Assembly: GCA_963693365.1 (NCBI GenBank)
Contig: CAVNZM010000009.1
Location: 6,788,171-6,852,170 of the forward strand
Reading direction: 5' to 3'
Length of the DNA: 64,000 bases
Source of the DNA: Amoebidium appalachense
Taxonomy: Eukaryota; Protista; Ichthyosporea
Below, one piece after another: positions 22,441 to 36,917 of this stretch. The notes below the pieces were generated by a model that saw only the letters and a program-made list of their open reading frames with translations, made no database searches and was not told where the DNA came from. Within the stretch, counting starts at the first letter, position 1. Every line of letters begins with the position of its first letter. Position numbers and translations under genes: made by a program.

Positions 22441-23103
22441 CTAACTCATAACCTTCTTTGTTTTCAACCCACGGCTGTGGGAATGCCACAAAGACAATAC
22501 GGGGTCATTCTCATACTCCACCCGGAAAGCATCAAACTCTAATTCAGAGACATTCAAATCATATTCGAGCGCGCCCAAAGCCATGATCTCGAGCGCATTC
22601 ACCTCCCAGAGAGTCAGCCCCGCCACGATCGCCCACATCTTGTTCGATGGTCTGTCTGTGTCTTCAAGGAATTTCGCTGCAATGATCAGACATGAAACGG
22701 CGAGGCAGTGCCCACACACGCTGTTCTTATCACTCTCCTTGAACTTGCCGTTTATCAACCTATCGATGTAATACAACGCAAGGACAAGCGTGGCATGAGA
22801 CGTGGCGAATGCGCCCAGAGAGCGATAGAGAAAGTCCGAAAGGTCGGAGCCCCTCACAGCTGCGCCACAACTTATGCCATAACGAGAAACGAAGGCCTCG
22901 AGAGGGCCCATGGGCTCGTGGATGTTAATCGTTGGTTCATAGTTGTAGCCTTGATGATGAAGGTCGTGGTGGTGGTGGGTTGATGCTTGTCTGCCCCTTG
23001 AGTGTTTTTGTGCACATCGCTCTGAATAGGAGTGGCACCAGTGGGTGGATGTTGCGGAGGGGCCCCACTCGTGGGATGTGCCACAGGTCATCACCACCTC
23101 CAT
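22441..23103 (-). CDS. PHO80/PCL (cyclin-P/U-type) cyclin, about 220 aa in one coding exon
   Basis: Cyclin box LSDFLYR...TLVLALYYIDRL...LAVSCLIIAAKFLED...SNKMWAIVAGLTLWEVNALEIMALGALEYDLNV. ATG at 23103; a splice acceptor at about 23165 suggests an upstream exon. Confidence 0.9.
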   Translation of the reverse strand: MEVVMTCGTSHEWGPSATSTHWCHSYSERCAQKHSRGRQASTHHHHDLHHQGYNYEPTINIHEPMGPLEAFVSRYGISCGAAVRGSDLSDFLYRSLGAFATSHATLVLALYYIDRLINGKFKESDKNSVCGHCLAVSCLIIAAKFLEDTDRPSNKMWAIVAGLTLWEVNALEIMALGALEYDLNVSELEFDAFRVEYENDPVLSLWHSHSRGLKTKKVMS

Positions 23104-24253
23104 ACTTGAAGGGAAGTATGTATGTGTGAGAGGTGCGGGGTCAGAGTGGAATAGATGATATGTCCTGAAAGAAAAAAGACACGTTAACATTTGCAAAGCA
23201 TTATAAAGGGACCACAAGCTTGGTGCGAGGGCAGGAGTGTGCGTGTGAGTGTACGTGTGCGTCACAGTTGACTGATGTGTCGTGCACGTTCAGAAGCGTG
23301 ACAGAATGATGCTTGAGATGCTTTATATACGACGCTTGAATCATGTAGAACTAGCATGTAAATTGAGAATTTGAGGTATCAAGCAGATATGTCAGCGCTA
23401 TTTTATTGGAAATGAAAACGGAGCATTAGGAACATATAATATGTTTATGAGTAGAATGCTATACGAAGATTGCAAAATATAACGAAGCATTATAATGTGC
23501 AAAGATTAAGAAATTCTGTATTCAGAACAAAAATAAACAAAATAATAGTATGCATGTACATGGCATGTGCTTACGCATGGCGTGTATAAGTATGCATATC
23601 CATTAATATCTCCATGTACACATGTGGAGATGCTTTATAGAGAGGGCAAGTTTGATGATAATTTTATCTCATATTTATCTACATATTTAATTAGAGAACA
23701 AAGGTTGAAATTATTTCACCAGGAGGTCCCTGCGATTTGTAGTATCTTCGTGAGACTTCGTCTCTTGAGAGAGAACTCGTTGATACTAGATAGATATTTT
23801 GGAAAATTAGAATCGATGATAATTTGACAGATTCGAGCGTGTGCGTGGGAAGAACTTCGCTGATTAGTACTATAGTAGCCAATCAAACCGTAATACAGTC
23901 TGGGGCCCTCTCTGGGGGCTTGGGGCGTGTTCAAATTCCAACCCAGATCTACTTTCATAACATCAGAAAATGTGTTCATTTCACTTGAACCTGATAATTG
24001 ACGGTTTTAATATTAGAGGAATTATCTTTGAGGGTTGTATAGTTCAGAAGCATAACAATTCAATAAACGGTACTGATAATATTCACAGAAGTATTTGCGA
24101 CCTTGAACTGGAAGATCTGGGCACGCCTGTAATTGGGATAGATCACCCTATACCCCCAAGTTACTTCTGAACCAACTTGCTGAGCGGACCCGATCCCTAG
24201 GGCCAATCAATCAAGTCGACTAATCACAAAGTCAAGAGTCTCCAGATCCGGAG

Positions 24254-24483
24254 CAGGGTGTGAAATTTGTTTTTGGCTAGTGCCATTTTGCAGGCAGCTT
24301 TCCACCAGCCTGGATGGCCCTAATAGAGCTAACAACCGTTTTTAGGTGCCACTTTTCTAATATATTTGGCCCTGTTAGGGCTAATTTTTCAGAAATTGAT
24401 GGACCTAACCTCGAAAAGTTAGGGACAATTTTCGGATTTCAGGGACGATTTTCTGGCCCTAAACCCCCTAATTTCACACTCTG
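24254..24483. mobile_element. MITE, 230 bp, with hAT-like CAGGG termini
   Basis: 14-bp TIR CAGGGTGTGAAATT / AATTTCACACTCTG (1 mismatch); degenerate flanking duplication GATCCGGAG / AATTCAGAG; internal GGCCCT/AGGG subrepeats. Confidence 0.75.
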
Positions 24484-26332
24484 AATTCAGAGGCAAGCTA
24501 TTTAGAGTTTTATCTCTGCCTATAAAATGGAAATGGCAAAAGCAATGGAAAATATTAATTAGCATCCTGTATCATTTGTGCAGATTATATTGTTGAAGAT
24601 TCTAATGGTCAATTTTTATGCGCCGTTCGGCACGGTGGCGGCCAGTGTGTGGCGGAGTGACTGGCTGAGTGCACAGGGCCGGATGCCGTGAGTCCGGATC
24701 GTCCCGGATGCATGGTCATGACGTCATGTGAATACCTAATCATATACAAGGGTAATGTGCATATGTCTGTAAATCATCGATAAACAGATATACCTATGCT
24801 CATCACCCGACCACATGCATTTTTAGCCTACACAAGCCGTAGAGCATGTATAATACAAACGGTCGCAATTATCGGTCCCCAAGCCGCAAGTACTAGTCGG
24901 CCGTCCCGACCACCGGATCGCGGCCCCGCGGGCCACACGGCCCATGCATGCATGGGGTGCCCGTGATCATGGAGCACGTATATATACGCCAATGTGGGGT
25001 TGACCTTGGACCAGAGTCAGGATGTTTGCTGGTACTTTCTGTACAACTGAATTGTATGTTTTTTGTACAGTAGCATAAACATACCATATCACCCAAGTCC
25101 TTCAGAACAATCATTAGTAGTCCCACGCGTGCTGTGAAGTGCACGCAGTATCATAGAGAGATCACGAAGGGGCACGCACGTGCGTGATTGTATGGCCCCA
25201 GCGCCGAGCGGCGGCAGTAACGTTGAATGCACTTTATGTTCCAGAAGTACCTCGAAAACCAAACCTGCAAAAGCGCGTTCGTGCCAAAGAACTTGGAAGA
25301 AAGGGGGGAGTAAAGCGAAAAAAGGCACTCATAGCTCTTTACACAACAACTGAAAGAATAGCAGAAGTATTGTATATCTCATGAATGTGTGCGCTTCGAT
25401 CATGTGATGCCTATCTTGGATTCTGCCACCCACATTCTGCTTTTTCTTCTAGGGAGACAATCTATTTAGATCCATGGGGTCAGTGGAACGTGGGATGCAT
25501 ATGCAGGTCACGCCATACAAGTGTCGTGTGGTCTTCAAGAATGTGACAGATATGACCATGTTACATGTCACAGTGACGTGTAAAATTCAAAAGCAAAAGC
25601 TTGAAAACAAGGTTAAACAATAAAAAATATACATTAATTTCATAATAAAGTTGAATAAACAAATAAATGATTCAGGTACAAGAAAAAAACGCAAAACATA
25701 CTGAGTCACGTGCTTTGGGATATCAGGACGAGCCAAGGCTTTGGGAGAGGCGTGCGCCACTCAGTGTACATGTATGCGGTATGCAGCATATATGCAGCAC
25801 GGCCGCGAAAGTTTGCCGGAACCGCGTGACCGGTAGAAGAGATGTATGGCGCCTGACAGTGACATCGCTGTATCAATAAATAATTAAGTTTAACATTGCA
25901 TTTCAATTGGTAAATACTAAGATACTGGCAGGCGAATGCGGGGCTCCCGTCGACTGCTAGATGGGGCCGGTGGCTCATCATCCTCGCGCAGGTACAATCC
26001 AAAACTGTTATGAGAAAACGAATGTTGAAGAGTGTGTGTTTGTGATCCACGTCCTGTGTGTGTGCATGTGCTCATGTGTGTACACGTGTGTGCGTGTGTG
26101 TGTTCCTATGTGTATCACAGTGTGCACATGCATATGTGTGTGTGTGTGTGTGTGTGTGACGTGTGTGTGTGTGTGTGTACATGTGTGTGTACATGTGTGT
26201 GTGTGTGTTTGTGTGTGTGTATGTGTCACGGTTCCTGTCGCGATAAACTAGGAGGTACGTGTGCGGGGAAAGTCTTTGGCCGTTTGGGACAGGAAGAGAG
26301 GGGGTGGGGGGGGGGGGGGGGGGGGGGGAGTA

Positions 26333-26381
<49 letters not shown>

Positions 26382-26988
26382 TTAGTACACACCTGTGCAC
26401 CCAGAGCGACAGTAAACAGGAGCAGAACGACCTGCCAGGTCCTCATTCCACCACCAGAACCAACCTTGCGGGAACCCCTATTGTGTGGGCAAATGACTCA
26501 ACAACGCCGTTACGTGGCTACGCGAAGTACTTTTGAAAAGAAGTGTGCTTGGTTTGTTTCAGTACGTTTACTGAGCTCCCCCCGTTACGTTTTACTGGGT
26601 GGTAACGTGCCATAGCTGCCCAAAACGCATTGCCGCGCTCGCTGCAAACAGCGCAACGATCTAGACAATTGGTACCGAGATGGGCGCAAATTGTCCAATC
26701 GCATTTAAAGACCCCCAAGGTAGTCAAACTTTGTACCCCAAAAGTTCAAACTACAGTATTTGACCCCGGTATCCGTTCTCCGTTCCTTATCGGGGCTATA
26801 AACACCCACTTATTTGCTCTTCAAAATCCGTATCAGCGATTGGGCAAAAGCGTTTTTATCGTTTACCCTCCTCCATTAGCCAATCAAATCGCATATATTC
26901 GCAGCTACCCCGGCCTTCCCTCATGTGGCTGGGCCTCCGGCAATGTCCACGCAATAAAAAGTGTGTAAACCCCTCCCCTCAAGCGCCT

Positions 26989-27180
26989 GGCTCGCTTCGC
27001 TCGCATTTGGGGGGTCTCATCCGATATCCTGACTATTTTTTTATGTTTAGGCTCGCTTCGGTCGCATTTGGGGGGCAAGTTTGCTAATTTCTTTCACATG
27101 TAGGCTCGCTTCGCTCGCATTTGGGGGGCAGGTTTGCTATTTTTTTTTTATATACATGTAGGCTCGGTTCGCACACGCGT
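26989..27180. repeat. Four spaced copies of GGCTCGCTTCGCTCGCATTTGGGGGG
   Basis: Starts at about 26989, 27050, 27103 and 27161 (last copy degenerate), with T-rich spacers that resemble each other. Confidence 0.85.
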
Positions 27181-27440
27181 AGGGCGTGCCCGCTGGACCA
27201 CGTACAGTGAGCTTGGGGTCAACTTGTTGGCGCCGGCCCATAACAGTGCCCATCTTCGAGTTCGTGCCAGTCACTGACTGAAACCACAGTGCTCAGTGTG
27301 GGCGTGGGGGCATGCATATGTCGTACACACATCGGTTCATGACTTCAGGCCGAGCCTTCCGGCAGGGGAATTCATGTGCGTGTGTGTGTGTTTGTCAGCC
27401 GTGTACTGAGCCTTGCAATTGTGTGTGCGTGCGTGTGTGC

Positions 27441-27487
<47 letters not shown>

Positions 27488-27602
27488 GGGGGGGAAGGGG
27501 GCCGGGGGATGGGGAGCCTCAGAGAATTTCAGAGACAGAGAGAGAGAGAGAGAGAAAAGGGGAGTCAGAGAGAGAGAGAGAGAGGGGGGGGGGGGGGGGG
27601 GG

Positions 27603-27707
<105 letters not shown>

Positions 27708-28033
27708 AGAGAGAGACTCTTGAGAGAGACAGAGAGAGAGAGACTGAGAGAGCCTCTGCCAGAATACTTCACACACACAGTGTCACTGTCACACACACGT
27801 ATATACACACACACCGTGGCACAGAGTCACACACACACACACAGACACACACACACACAGACAGACACAGACGCAGGCGCAGACACACACACACGCAACA
27901 CACATGCACACCACACACACACACTCTCTCTGTCAGTCACACAGAGAAGGGGGGGGGGGGGGAGAAAGAAGAAATTTGAGAGAGATCGAGGGAGGGAGGG
28001 AGGGGGGAGAGAGAGAGAGAGGGGGGGGGGGGG

Positions 28034-28069
<36 letters not shown>

Positions 28070-28109
28070 GGGAAAGGGAGAGGGAGAGACAGAGAAGGGT
28101 GGGGGGGGG

Positions 28110-28501
28110 AGGGTTTGAATGCGGAACACGGTACGAAGTACGAATACACGAAGGACACATGGAAAGGCAAACATTTAAGTATGCAACATCAGCCATGCGC
28201 ACAGTATGCGTGATAAGCAGAGCCCATCCTCAGGGAGGGCCCATTCCAAGTCATCAATTGCGTCTGAGTTTCGACCCCTTAGCCCGCGTATATACAACTC
28301 TCCAACTCAGACAGCAGCATCAACTGAACTTGGGAGGGTCAACCCGTCTTGATCAAAGACGAGCAGGGTTGCTGATGCAAGCAAGGTGAGCAAAACGGTG
28401 AATATGTGTGTGCAAACTAATGCAGTGCAGCGGAAAATGCGTATGTGCTTACAGATGCACGACACAGAGCAACCATGCCCGGTTGCATGGAAGTAAAGCG
28501 G
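28110..28501 (-). mobile_element. Family B1 element
   Basis: Reverse complement of 2402-2800 with one short deletion; G-rich flanks on both sides. Confidence 0.92.
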
Positions 28502-29013
28502 TGGGTGGAGGGGGGTGGGGGGGAGAGAGAGTATGAGAGAGAGAGAGCAAAAATCTTTAGAGAAGCGAAATTTACCTCACCTCAAATTCAAAAAAAAAAA
28601 AAATCACTTCGGATTCAACTTTTACACAGTCTGACTGCCACATTTTTAATAGTTTTGTATCATACAAGGGGATTATTCAATACTAGAATGCGTGAAAGCG
28701 AAAACATCCGAGTTTCCCTATCAGATTTTCTGATCATATCAATGAGAATCATTTAATTAACATCAGTTGTATGAAAGAGTATTATTCAAATGAATACCAG
28801 ATTATATATATAGAAATTATTAAAACCAAGTCATGTTATGAAGCTTAATAAGCCATTCCATACCAAATAAATCATATCATTAAACGAGAATCATTCAATT
28901 CAAAACCAGGTTACGAGTCGAGTAGTTTTGAAACTGATGTCTACTACATAGCATTAAAACAAATCTTTAAATATGTGGGCCAGCAGACACGTTCACTTAA
29001 ATTCATAATAAAC

Positions 29014-29190
29014 TCACGTCGACGCTTTTGGAGCTGCTGGTAGCCAGCTATGGAGTGGGGGTGGGCCGTCAAAGTGAGCCCTGGCTAGAATGCGGCAAAT
29101 GACGTCACCAGTGTGTGGGCGCACAGTACACATCAGCGCAGTCTTGCCCACGGCAGTGCCCAGACGGCCCCACCTGCACACGTGGAGATG

Positions 29191-29229
<39 letters not shown>

Positions 29230-29362
29230 GGGGGGGGGCTCTCAGCGGAGGAGAAGGGGGTCCGGTGGGGGATGTGTGGGGAGGGGGGGGGGGGGGGGGG
29301 GGGGGGGGAGGGGGACGAGCGGGCGGGTGGAGGGGGGGAGGGAGGACTGTGTGTGTGTGACA

Positions 29363-29415
<53 letters not shown>

Positions 29416-30551
29416 GGGGCAATGAGGGGATGGGATACTTGGAAAACGAAAGGGTGGGGCTTGTAAAAAAAGAGGGTGGGGGGAAGGGGGGGGGGGGAGG
29501 GGGGGGAGGGGGGAGGCGAGGAGGCGAGGTGGCAGGGGAGAGAGAGGGAGGGGCAGAAGGTGGAAACTGGGATGTAAGAGTAAGGTGGTAATGTTGCTAT
29601 CCAGACCAAAGCTCCTAAGGCCTCCCCCGAGGGGAGGGGGGAGGGGGAGGGGGGAGGAGGTTTGGGTTGTTATGTGGCGCCGTGCAATTTGTGACCACAC
29701 GCACCCTTTTACAGAAGAAAAGATGGACACAGGAAAAAAAGACAACTGTACAATGGCAAACACGAAAGATTCTGCAAATCCGACACGAGAGTGTGCATCA
29801 ATAGCAGGGCCCATCCGCCGCGGGAGGGGGGGGGGGGGGGGGTTTGAATGCGTCAAAAAGTACGAAGTACACAAGAACAAACGGATAACACGATGCAGAA
29901 TGCAAGCCATACATAAAGAGTATGCATAATAAGCAGAGCCCATCCTCAGGGGGGGCCCACGTCATCCACAGTACCCGAGTTTCGACCTATTCCCCTCGTT
30001 AACGAAACCCAACTCAGATACTGTTTCACTTGAACATGAGTAGGTCACCCGTCTTGATCAGAGACGAGCAGGGTTGCTTATGCAGGCAAGGGCAGTGGGA
30101 AAGGCCGGGGGTTAAAGTTGCAGCAGTAAGCAGAAGCAAGAAAAATATAGATAGGAACTCAGGAGACGGGGCTTCTAGGAAGCTCCCCCGTCGATACCTA
30201 AGTCGATACTTCCCTGGCTAACATACTACACCAGCTGAAAAGAATTAAGTCCCGAAGGCCACAGAATTCGTAATCAGAGGGGAAAATATGAGATTTGACC
30301 CACGCCGCAGGGTAGTAACACGCTTACTAGGGCGGAACTTTATCGTCTTCGAACGGAAAGCTATGCCCCCGGATGTCAGCCGGAAATATGGGGGAGGGGG
30401 AGGGAAGGGGAGGGGGGGGGGGGGGGGGGGGCAGTGAAGTGGGTCGAGGGGAGGGGGTGGGTAGACTCTGGAAATAAACAACGGTAGTTCCCATTGATTG
30501 TAAGTGTTACATTCTTATGCTTTCAATATTCCTTTTTATTCATATTTAAAC

Positions 30552-30613
<62 letters not shown>

Positions 30614-30669
30614 TATCGTTTGGGTGGTCGTGAATGGGCGAGGTGGTACACGGTAGTATATCTTTTTTT

Positions 30670-30735
<66 letters not shown>

Positions 30736-30772
30736 CGCGCGCACACGCGCGTGTCGTGTCCGCGCCGGCAAA

Positions 30773-30809
<37 letters not shown>

Positions 30810-31073
30810 GTTGTGTGTGTGTGTGTGTGTGTGCGTGTGTGCGTGTGTGCGTGTGCGTGTGCATGTGTATGTGTATGTGTGTGGGTGTGTGTTTGTGTGG
30901 TGTGTGAGTTTTGGGGAGAGGGGGAGGAGAGTTTGGGGGGGGGGGGAGGGGGGGGGGGGGAGGGGGGGGGTTACGCTGCTAGTTCCAGAGGACGCAAATT
31001 CTGACCCCACGGAACAACCACTACTACATGGCTGGAGTGGCAGGTGCTGGGGTCCCCTATGTGTGTGTGTGTG

Positions 31074-31117
<44 letters not shown>

Positions 31118-31166
31118 CTTGTGTGCGTGCGTGCGTGTGCGTGCCTGTGTGTGTTGTGTGTGTGCG

Positions 31167-31220
<54 letters not shown>

Positions 31221-31395
31221 TGTCTGTGTGTGTGTGTGTGTCTGTGTGTGTGTGTGTGTGTATGTGCATGTCAGCGGGTATGCATGTGTGTTTGGGTGGC
31301 CCGTGAGTTTACACGCATCAGTAAATGTATGCCACGGTACATGTGTAAATGTGAGATGGTGGTGGCGGCGGCGATACAAGTAAAATCAAGCCCTC

Positions 31396-31426
<31 letters not shown>

Positions 31427-31454
31427 AAAAAAAAATTAATTAATGGAACACTGA

Positions 31455-31485
<31 letters not shown>

Positions 31486-31532
31486 ACTTCCCCCTCCCCC
31501 CATAAACTTAAAAATACCCCTCCCTCCTCCCT

Positions 31533-31563
<31 letters not shown>

Positions 31564-32653
31564 ATATTAATAAATGGAACACTGTTAACCCCCCCCCCCC
31601 CCCTCTTCCCCCTCCCCCCAAAAAGTTAAATATAACCCTCCCCCTCCCCCGGGGGGAGCCAAACCCAATGCAGCCCCCGAACCTCTATAGGCGCACAATT
31701 CACAAGGACAAGCACATATGTTGTCCCTCGTGCAGCATTGAACCCACGATTGGAGCTCCGTGTTCCAGGTCTGGCCATACATTTAAAGGGGGTTTCATAT
31801 AGGTATCCGGGTCAGGTCAGACCAGCATAGGATACATGCATTATGATTGGCTTGGTGCGCATCAAACAGCATTTGGCCAGACCTGAGGACCAAAAAGGGG
31901 TGACAATAAATCGGCCTAAAGGGAACCCCCTTTAGGGCAGCCTTTGACACGAATTTACACAAACAGAGTTGTGTAATTCTGTTGCCTGACTTGAAAAAGT
32001 TACCCGTGGCCGAGATATATCAAGCAGGATTTCATATTTCCGAATTTCAATCCTGATATTTAATATGACCCCATCAGTAGACCAATTGATTGAAGTGCTA
32101 AATAATAAGCTTACCGGGATATATTTAACAGGGCCCTCAAATATGAGATATTATGGCAGACATGTGCAATTACCGTGATATACCTCTTTTGAATTAATGC
32201 AACCTCCAATCTCAACTCACACTTTACAAAAAACATGTGAGATAGTATCCCATAGCCCTACTGCATGACGTTTGAACTTACCGTCATATGTATACTGAAA
32301 GGGCACGTGAGATGACATCCCATTGTCCTATTGCTAGACGTTTACGCTTACCGTGATACACCTAAAAAGACATGTGAGATAATATCCCATAGTCCTGTTG
32401 CTATTAATTATATTGCTTGTAACCAACGGTGATATACCTGATGAGCCATGGCATAAGAATTTGTGAGACAATATCCAAAAGCCTTATTGCTGATTGTATA
32501 CTTACCGTGATACACCAAGTAGTGGCCCCCAAATCTCAGTCCCGGTGTGAGGTAATATCCCAAAGACCATAAATGCTCAAACACACGCAGTCTATCCCTC
32601 TCCTCCGGTGTGTTGGGAAAGGGGAGGTGGCTTGGAGGTAGGGTAGTTGCAGG

Positions 32654-32704
<51 letters not shown>

Positions 32705-33590
32705 ATGTGTGTGTGTGTGTGTGTTAATGCTCCTCCCCCTCCCTTCTGTGTCGCTCTCTCTCTCTCTCTCTCTCTCTCTCCCCCCCCCCCCCCCCCCCCC
32801 CCCCCGCCTCATTCACTTCTCCCTCCCCTCCCTCCTTCCCCCGCTGCCCCCCCCTCCCTCCCCCCCCCCCCCCCCCCCCCCCCCTCCTTTCTCTTTGGTG
32901 CGCGTGCATGTGTGTGTTCTTGGGGGCTAGAACGTTTTATGGTGCCTCGGTGCAAAGTACACATTCATGGCAAACCACACAATGCAGATTTTGCCGAAAG
33001 GGAGCACCCACAAAAACTGTGCATCATAAATGCTCTTGGAGTGGGGCTGAGTGTATGTGTACGCATGCCCGCACACGCGCGTGTGTGTGCTGGGGAGGGG
33101 GTGGAAAGGGGGGAGGTTGGGGGGGGGGGGGGGGGGGGGGTGTATGGTGGGATACAGCACGAAGACCAACGACCCGATGGATGCCACCATCAGACATGCA
33201 AAAGTGAACACACAATAAGACCAGCCCCTCCCCCCCCCCCCCCCTCCCCCTCCCCCCCCCTCCCCCCCCTGCGCCCTTCTTCGATGGGGGAAGGAGAGGG
33301 GGGGGGGGGGGGGTTTGAAAGCGCCATAGAGTGTGAAGTACACATTCGCAGCAGTCAAGACAGTGCAGAGTGCAAACCACATATAAAGATTATGCATAAT
33401 AAGCGGAGCCGATCCTCAGGGGTGGGTGTTGGAGGGGGCACGTCATCCACAGTACCCGAGTTTCTACCCATTCACCCTCGTCAACGATACCCAACTCTAA
33501 TACTGTTTCACTCGAGTATACAGGGGTTAGAGTTGAGAGTTGCAGCAGTAAGCAAAACCAAGAAACATGTAGATAGGAGCTCAGGAGACC

Positions 33591-33638
<48 letters not shown>

Positions 33639-34352
33639 AGGCACCTCAATTGTGGAAGACGTTCAATAACTACAAATGCCCCCTCGAACCCAGAATCGAT
33701 TGGGTAACCCGGTTTACCTCCCACAGATGTGCCCTTGTTCTCGGCATTTTCCGTTTTACGGTCATGCTTTCCCCGGAATCCAAAGCTTGAACGGATTTCT
33801 CTTTTTGACGCTGACGCAGCAGGCACTTTTGCAATCGATGACGTATCTGTGGAAACTCCTCCTACACTCGGCGACACAGAGGCGGGATTAGGGTTTCCGG
33901 TAATTTCCGAAATACCGTTACATGTTCGGTCGGCGGCTGGAAAACTGCTTCCCGGAGTTTCGTTCCGAGTTGCGGATTGTGTTGTAGTCCCCGCTGGAAA
34001 AAATGAAGTTGAAGTGGGACTCTCCAACCTCCCAGATTCGCCTATGCAGGTTTTTGCGATTGTCGGATCGGTAGAGTTGTTTTCAGGTTTCGCACAATGG
34101 CGGGTATGCTCTCCTGTCTCTTCTACACCATTCTCAATTTTACCGGGTTTTGCTTTTGTTTTTCCGGTTGAGCTGGAAGCGCCTGTCGCAACATACTGAC
34201 CTCTAAGCACCTCTTTTCTCTTTTCGTACTCTTCATTTTGTTTTGCAAACTCGGCGATCCGTGTTTGCGTAAAAATATTTATGTCTTCCTCTGTCACCGG
34301 CATAGAACCCAATGAGCCCCCGTCTAGCAAAAGCGCGTAGCCTGTGTGTGTA

Positions 34353-34383
<31 letters not shown>

Positions 34384-34818
34384 ACGCGCGCGCGTGTGTT
34401 TAGGGGGTGGGTGGTGGGATGGGCGGGGGGGGGGGGGGGGGGGGGGAGAAGGGGGTCGGCCCGGGGAGTTGGGGGGGGGAGGGGGGGGGGGGTTTGGGGA
34501 GAGGGGAAACATGTGTTAGAGGGCAACAGCAGTTCAGAAAATCAAAAGAACGGAAGAATGCATAAAGTTGGCTGCCATGTGTATACAGTGTGGCTGTATG
34601 CACACACAAGCAGATACTTCGATACGGTCACACTCACATTCATGCACGAGAACGCAAAAACACACACCTACTTCCAAACCTGCACGGACAGACACATTAA
34701 AAATAGACACATCGCGGTCATATGCTGGCTTTACACGAAGACACACTGGCATACATACGCGGAGATGCATGTGACCCCCAAAGAAAGACACACGAAGTAA
34801 ACAGAAACATACACACAG

Positions 34819-34895
<77 letters not shown>

Positions 34896-35193
34896 GAGGC
34901 AGACTGGCACGCGCCCGAGTGCACACCCACGCACTCACGTATACCCCCGCCCCCCCCCCCTACACACACACACACACAGACACACACACTTATGCACACA
35001 CCCTGGCGTAAGGATACAGACACACACACACATATGCGCACACAAGCGTGCACGCACGCACAGCCCCACCCCCACCCACACACCTACACAAACACATGCA
35101 CACACACCACACACGCAGACGCAAACACACGACCCCCCCCCCCCCCCCCCCCCACCCCACGCACGCATATAAAAGTAGTCCCGTTCAACACCC

Positions 35194-35224
<31 letters not shown>

Positions 35225-35260
35225 ACACCCCCCCCCCACCCCACCCCCCCCTCCCCCCCC

Positions 35261-35359
<99 letters not shown>

Positions 35360-36875
35360 GGCAGAGGAGCATGGTGGTGGTGGCGGTGGTATATATATAT
35401 ATACACACATCCACTGGGGATAACCGGAGATAACTCACCATTTCTCAGCAAAACTGCCGCCTGCTCTTCCATCAACACAGCCGGCAGGCCCAAAAGCAAG
35501 TTCTGCCGCCGGCTGGTGGGAAGGGTTCCCGTCGGTTCGGCAATAATGCGATGATTTTTGCGCAAATAGAGCACTTCTACAAAAAAGAAAAAAAAAAACG
35601 TGGTCAGTACAATATGAGAGCGTGGGGTGAACACGAGATAAAAAGGAATTTTTTGCATCAATCTCTATTGATAATGCGAGGGTCACGTATCATGACCATA
35701 TATAAAAAAGTGGATATTTTCACATATGGCAAGAGAGAGTGTGGTGAACACGACATATGCAGGGGTGGTCTAAATTTAAGATTCTCCAAAATTAAGATTG
35801 TGCCGGTAGGAATTTTGGAAAATACAAGATTCCAGCTGGCTAGCCTCCACGGCACATATGAAAATTAAGATTGTTTCCTGATGTCCTCGTGGGCTAGGGG
35901 GGTCTAGAAATAAGATTCTAGCTGGCTACGGCCAAACTACCCATGTACATGTGCACATCATGTTGTTATAAATCACGCGAAGGATGATGTACCACACCCA
36001 CATAAGATAATCATCGGTGTTGTTAGTGTCTGCTCTTAACACATCCCCTTTTGCACCCCTCCGGACTCCTCACCAACAGACAATGGCCTACCCTCGCTTC
36101 AATATCACTTTGTCTCTTCCTATAGAAATAGACTTCTCCACGGCCGGCCGGCTGAAATTGCACGGGATACTGGCGAAGGCCAAAAATTACTATGTCACTG
36201 GCGGTTTTCTTCGATTTTCGAGGATTTAAAGTTTGTCAGAACCTAACCAAAAACTCACAAGCAACGCAGGAGAATAATACGCGTCTATTCATACCATTTA
36301 TTTCTAAGCGCAACGCTAAGCCGCAAAGTTTTACTAAGTGCAACCATGGTTTTCTCTCCTTTGGCGGCGGCGTCGCAGCCCACGGCATTCGACCTTCACT
36401 CGATCAGATTGCGGCGAACCAAAATTTACTTAGTCGTAGCGGCTAATTTGAACTGGTTGAACAGAGTTCTACTTATAAGAAGTTTGCGGTGTCGCGTCGC
36501 GCTAGGCAGCAAATGGTATCAAAAAACGCCTTTTTTTATGCAGCGTATTCTGCGCTAAGGATGTCTAGACTTAGTATGTAGGAACACCAACATAATCGAT
36601 GGATAAGGCCGGATCCAAATGATCGATTGAAAAAGTTTGGCGAAGTTTTAATCGAGTTGGTGGCTCACGGAGAGGTCTATGAACGCTCTCTCCGCTTCCC
36701 TCCCTCCTCCCTCCTTTCTTTACTCAATACCCCAACTCCCCCCCCCTACCCCACCTCTTCTCTCGCACTAGTCTCTCCCCCCCCCCCCCCCCTTCCCACC
36801 CCCCAAACCACCCGCACCACGATTTTGCAAACACACACGCACACACGCCCATGCGCGTGCGCGCATGCGTGCGCG

Positions 36876-36917
<42 letters not shown>

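Noticed and set aside
23567-24170. Coding region or TE remnant in an AT-rich stretch (also 7280-7600 and 28560-28980)
   Set aside because: Fragmentary ORFs without identifiable motifs.
26989-27180. CRISPR array
   Set aside because: Eukaryotic context, no cas genes, and the spacers resemble each other and vary in length.
31783-31935. Kolobok-like MITE (ttaa AGGGGGTTTC ... GGAACCCCCT ttag)
   Set aside because: The TIR is only about 10 bp with an imperfect TSD, and there is a single copy.
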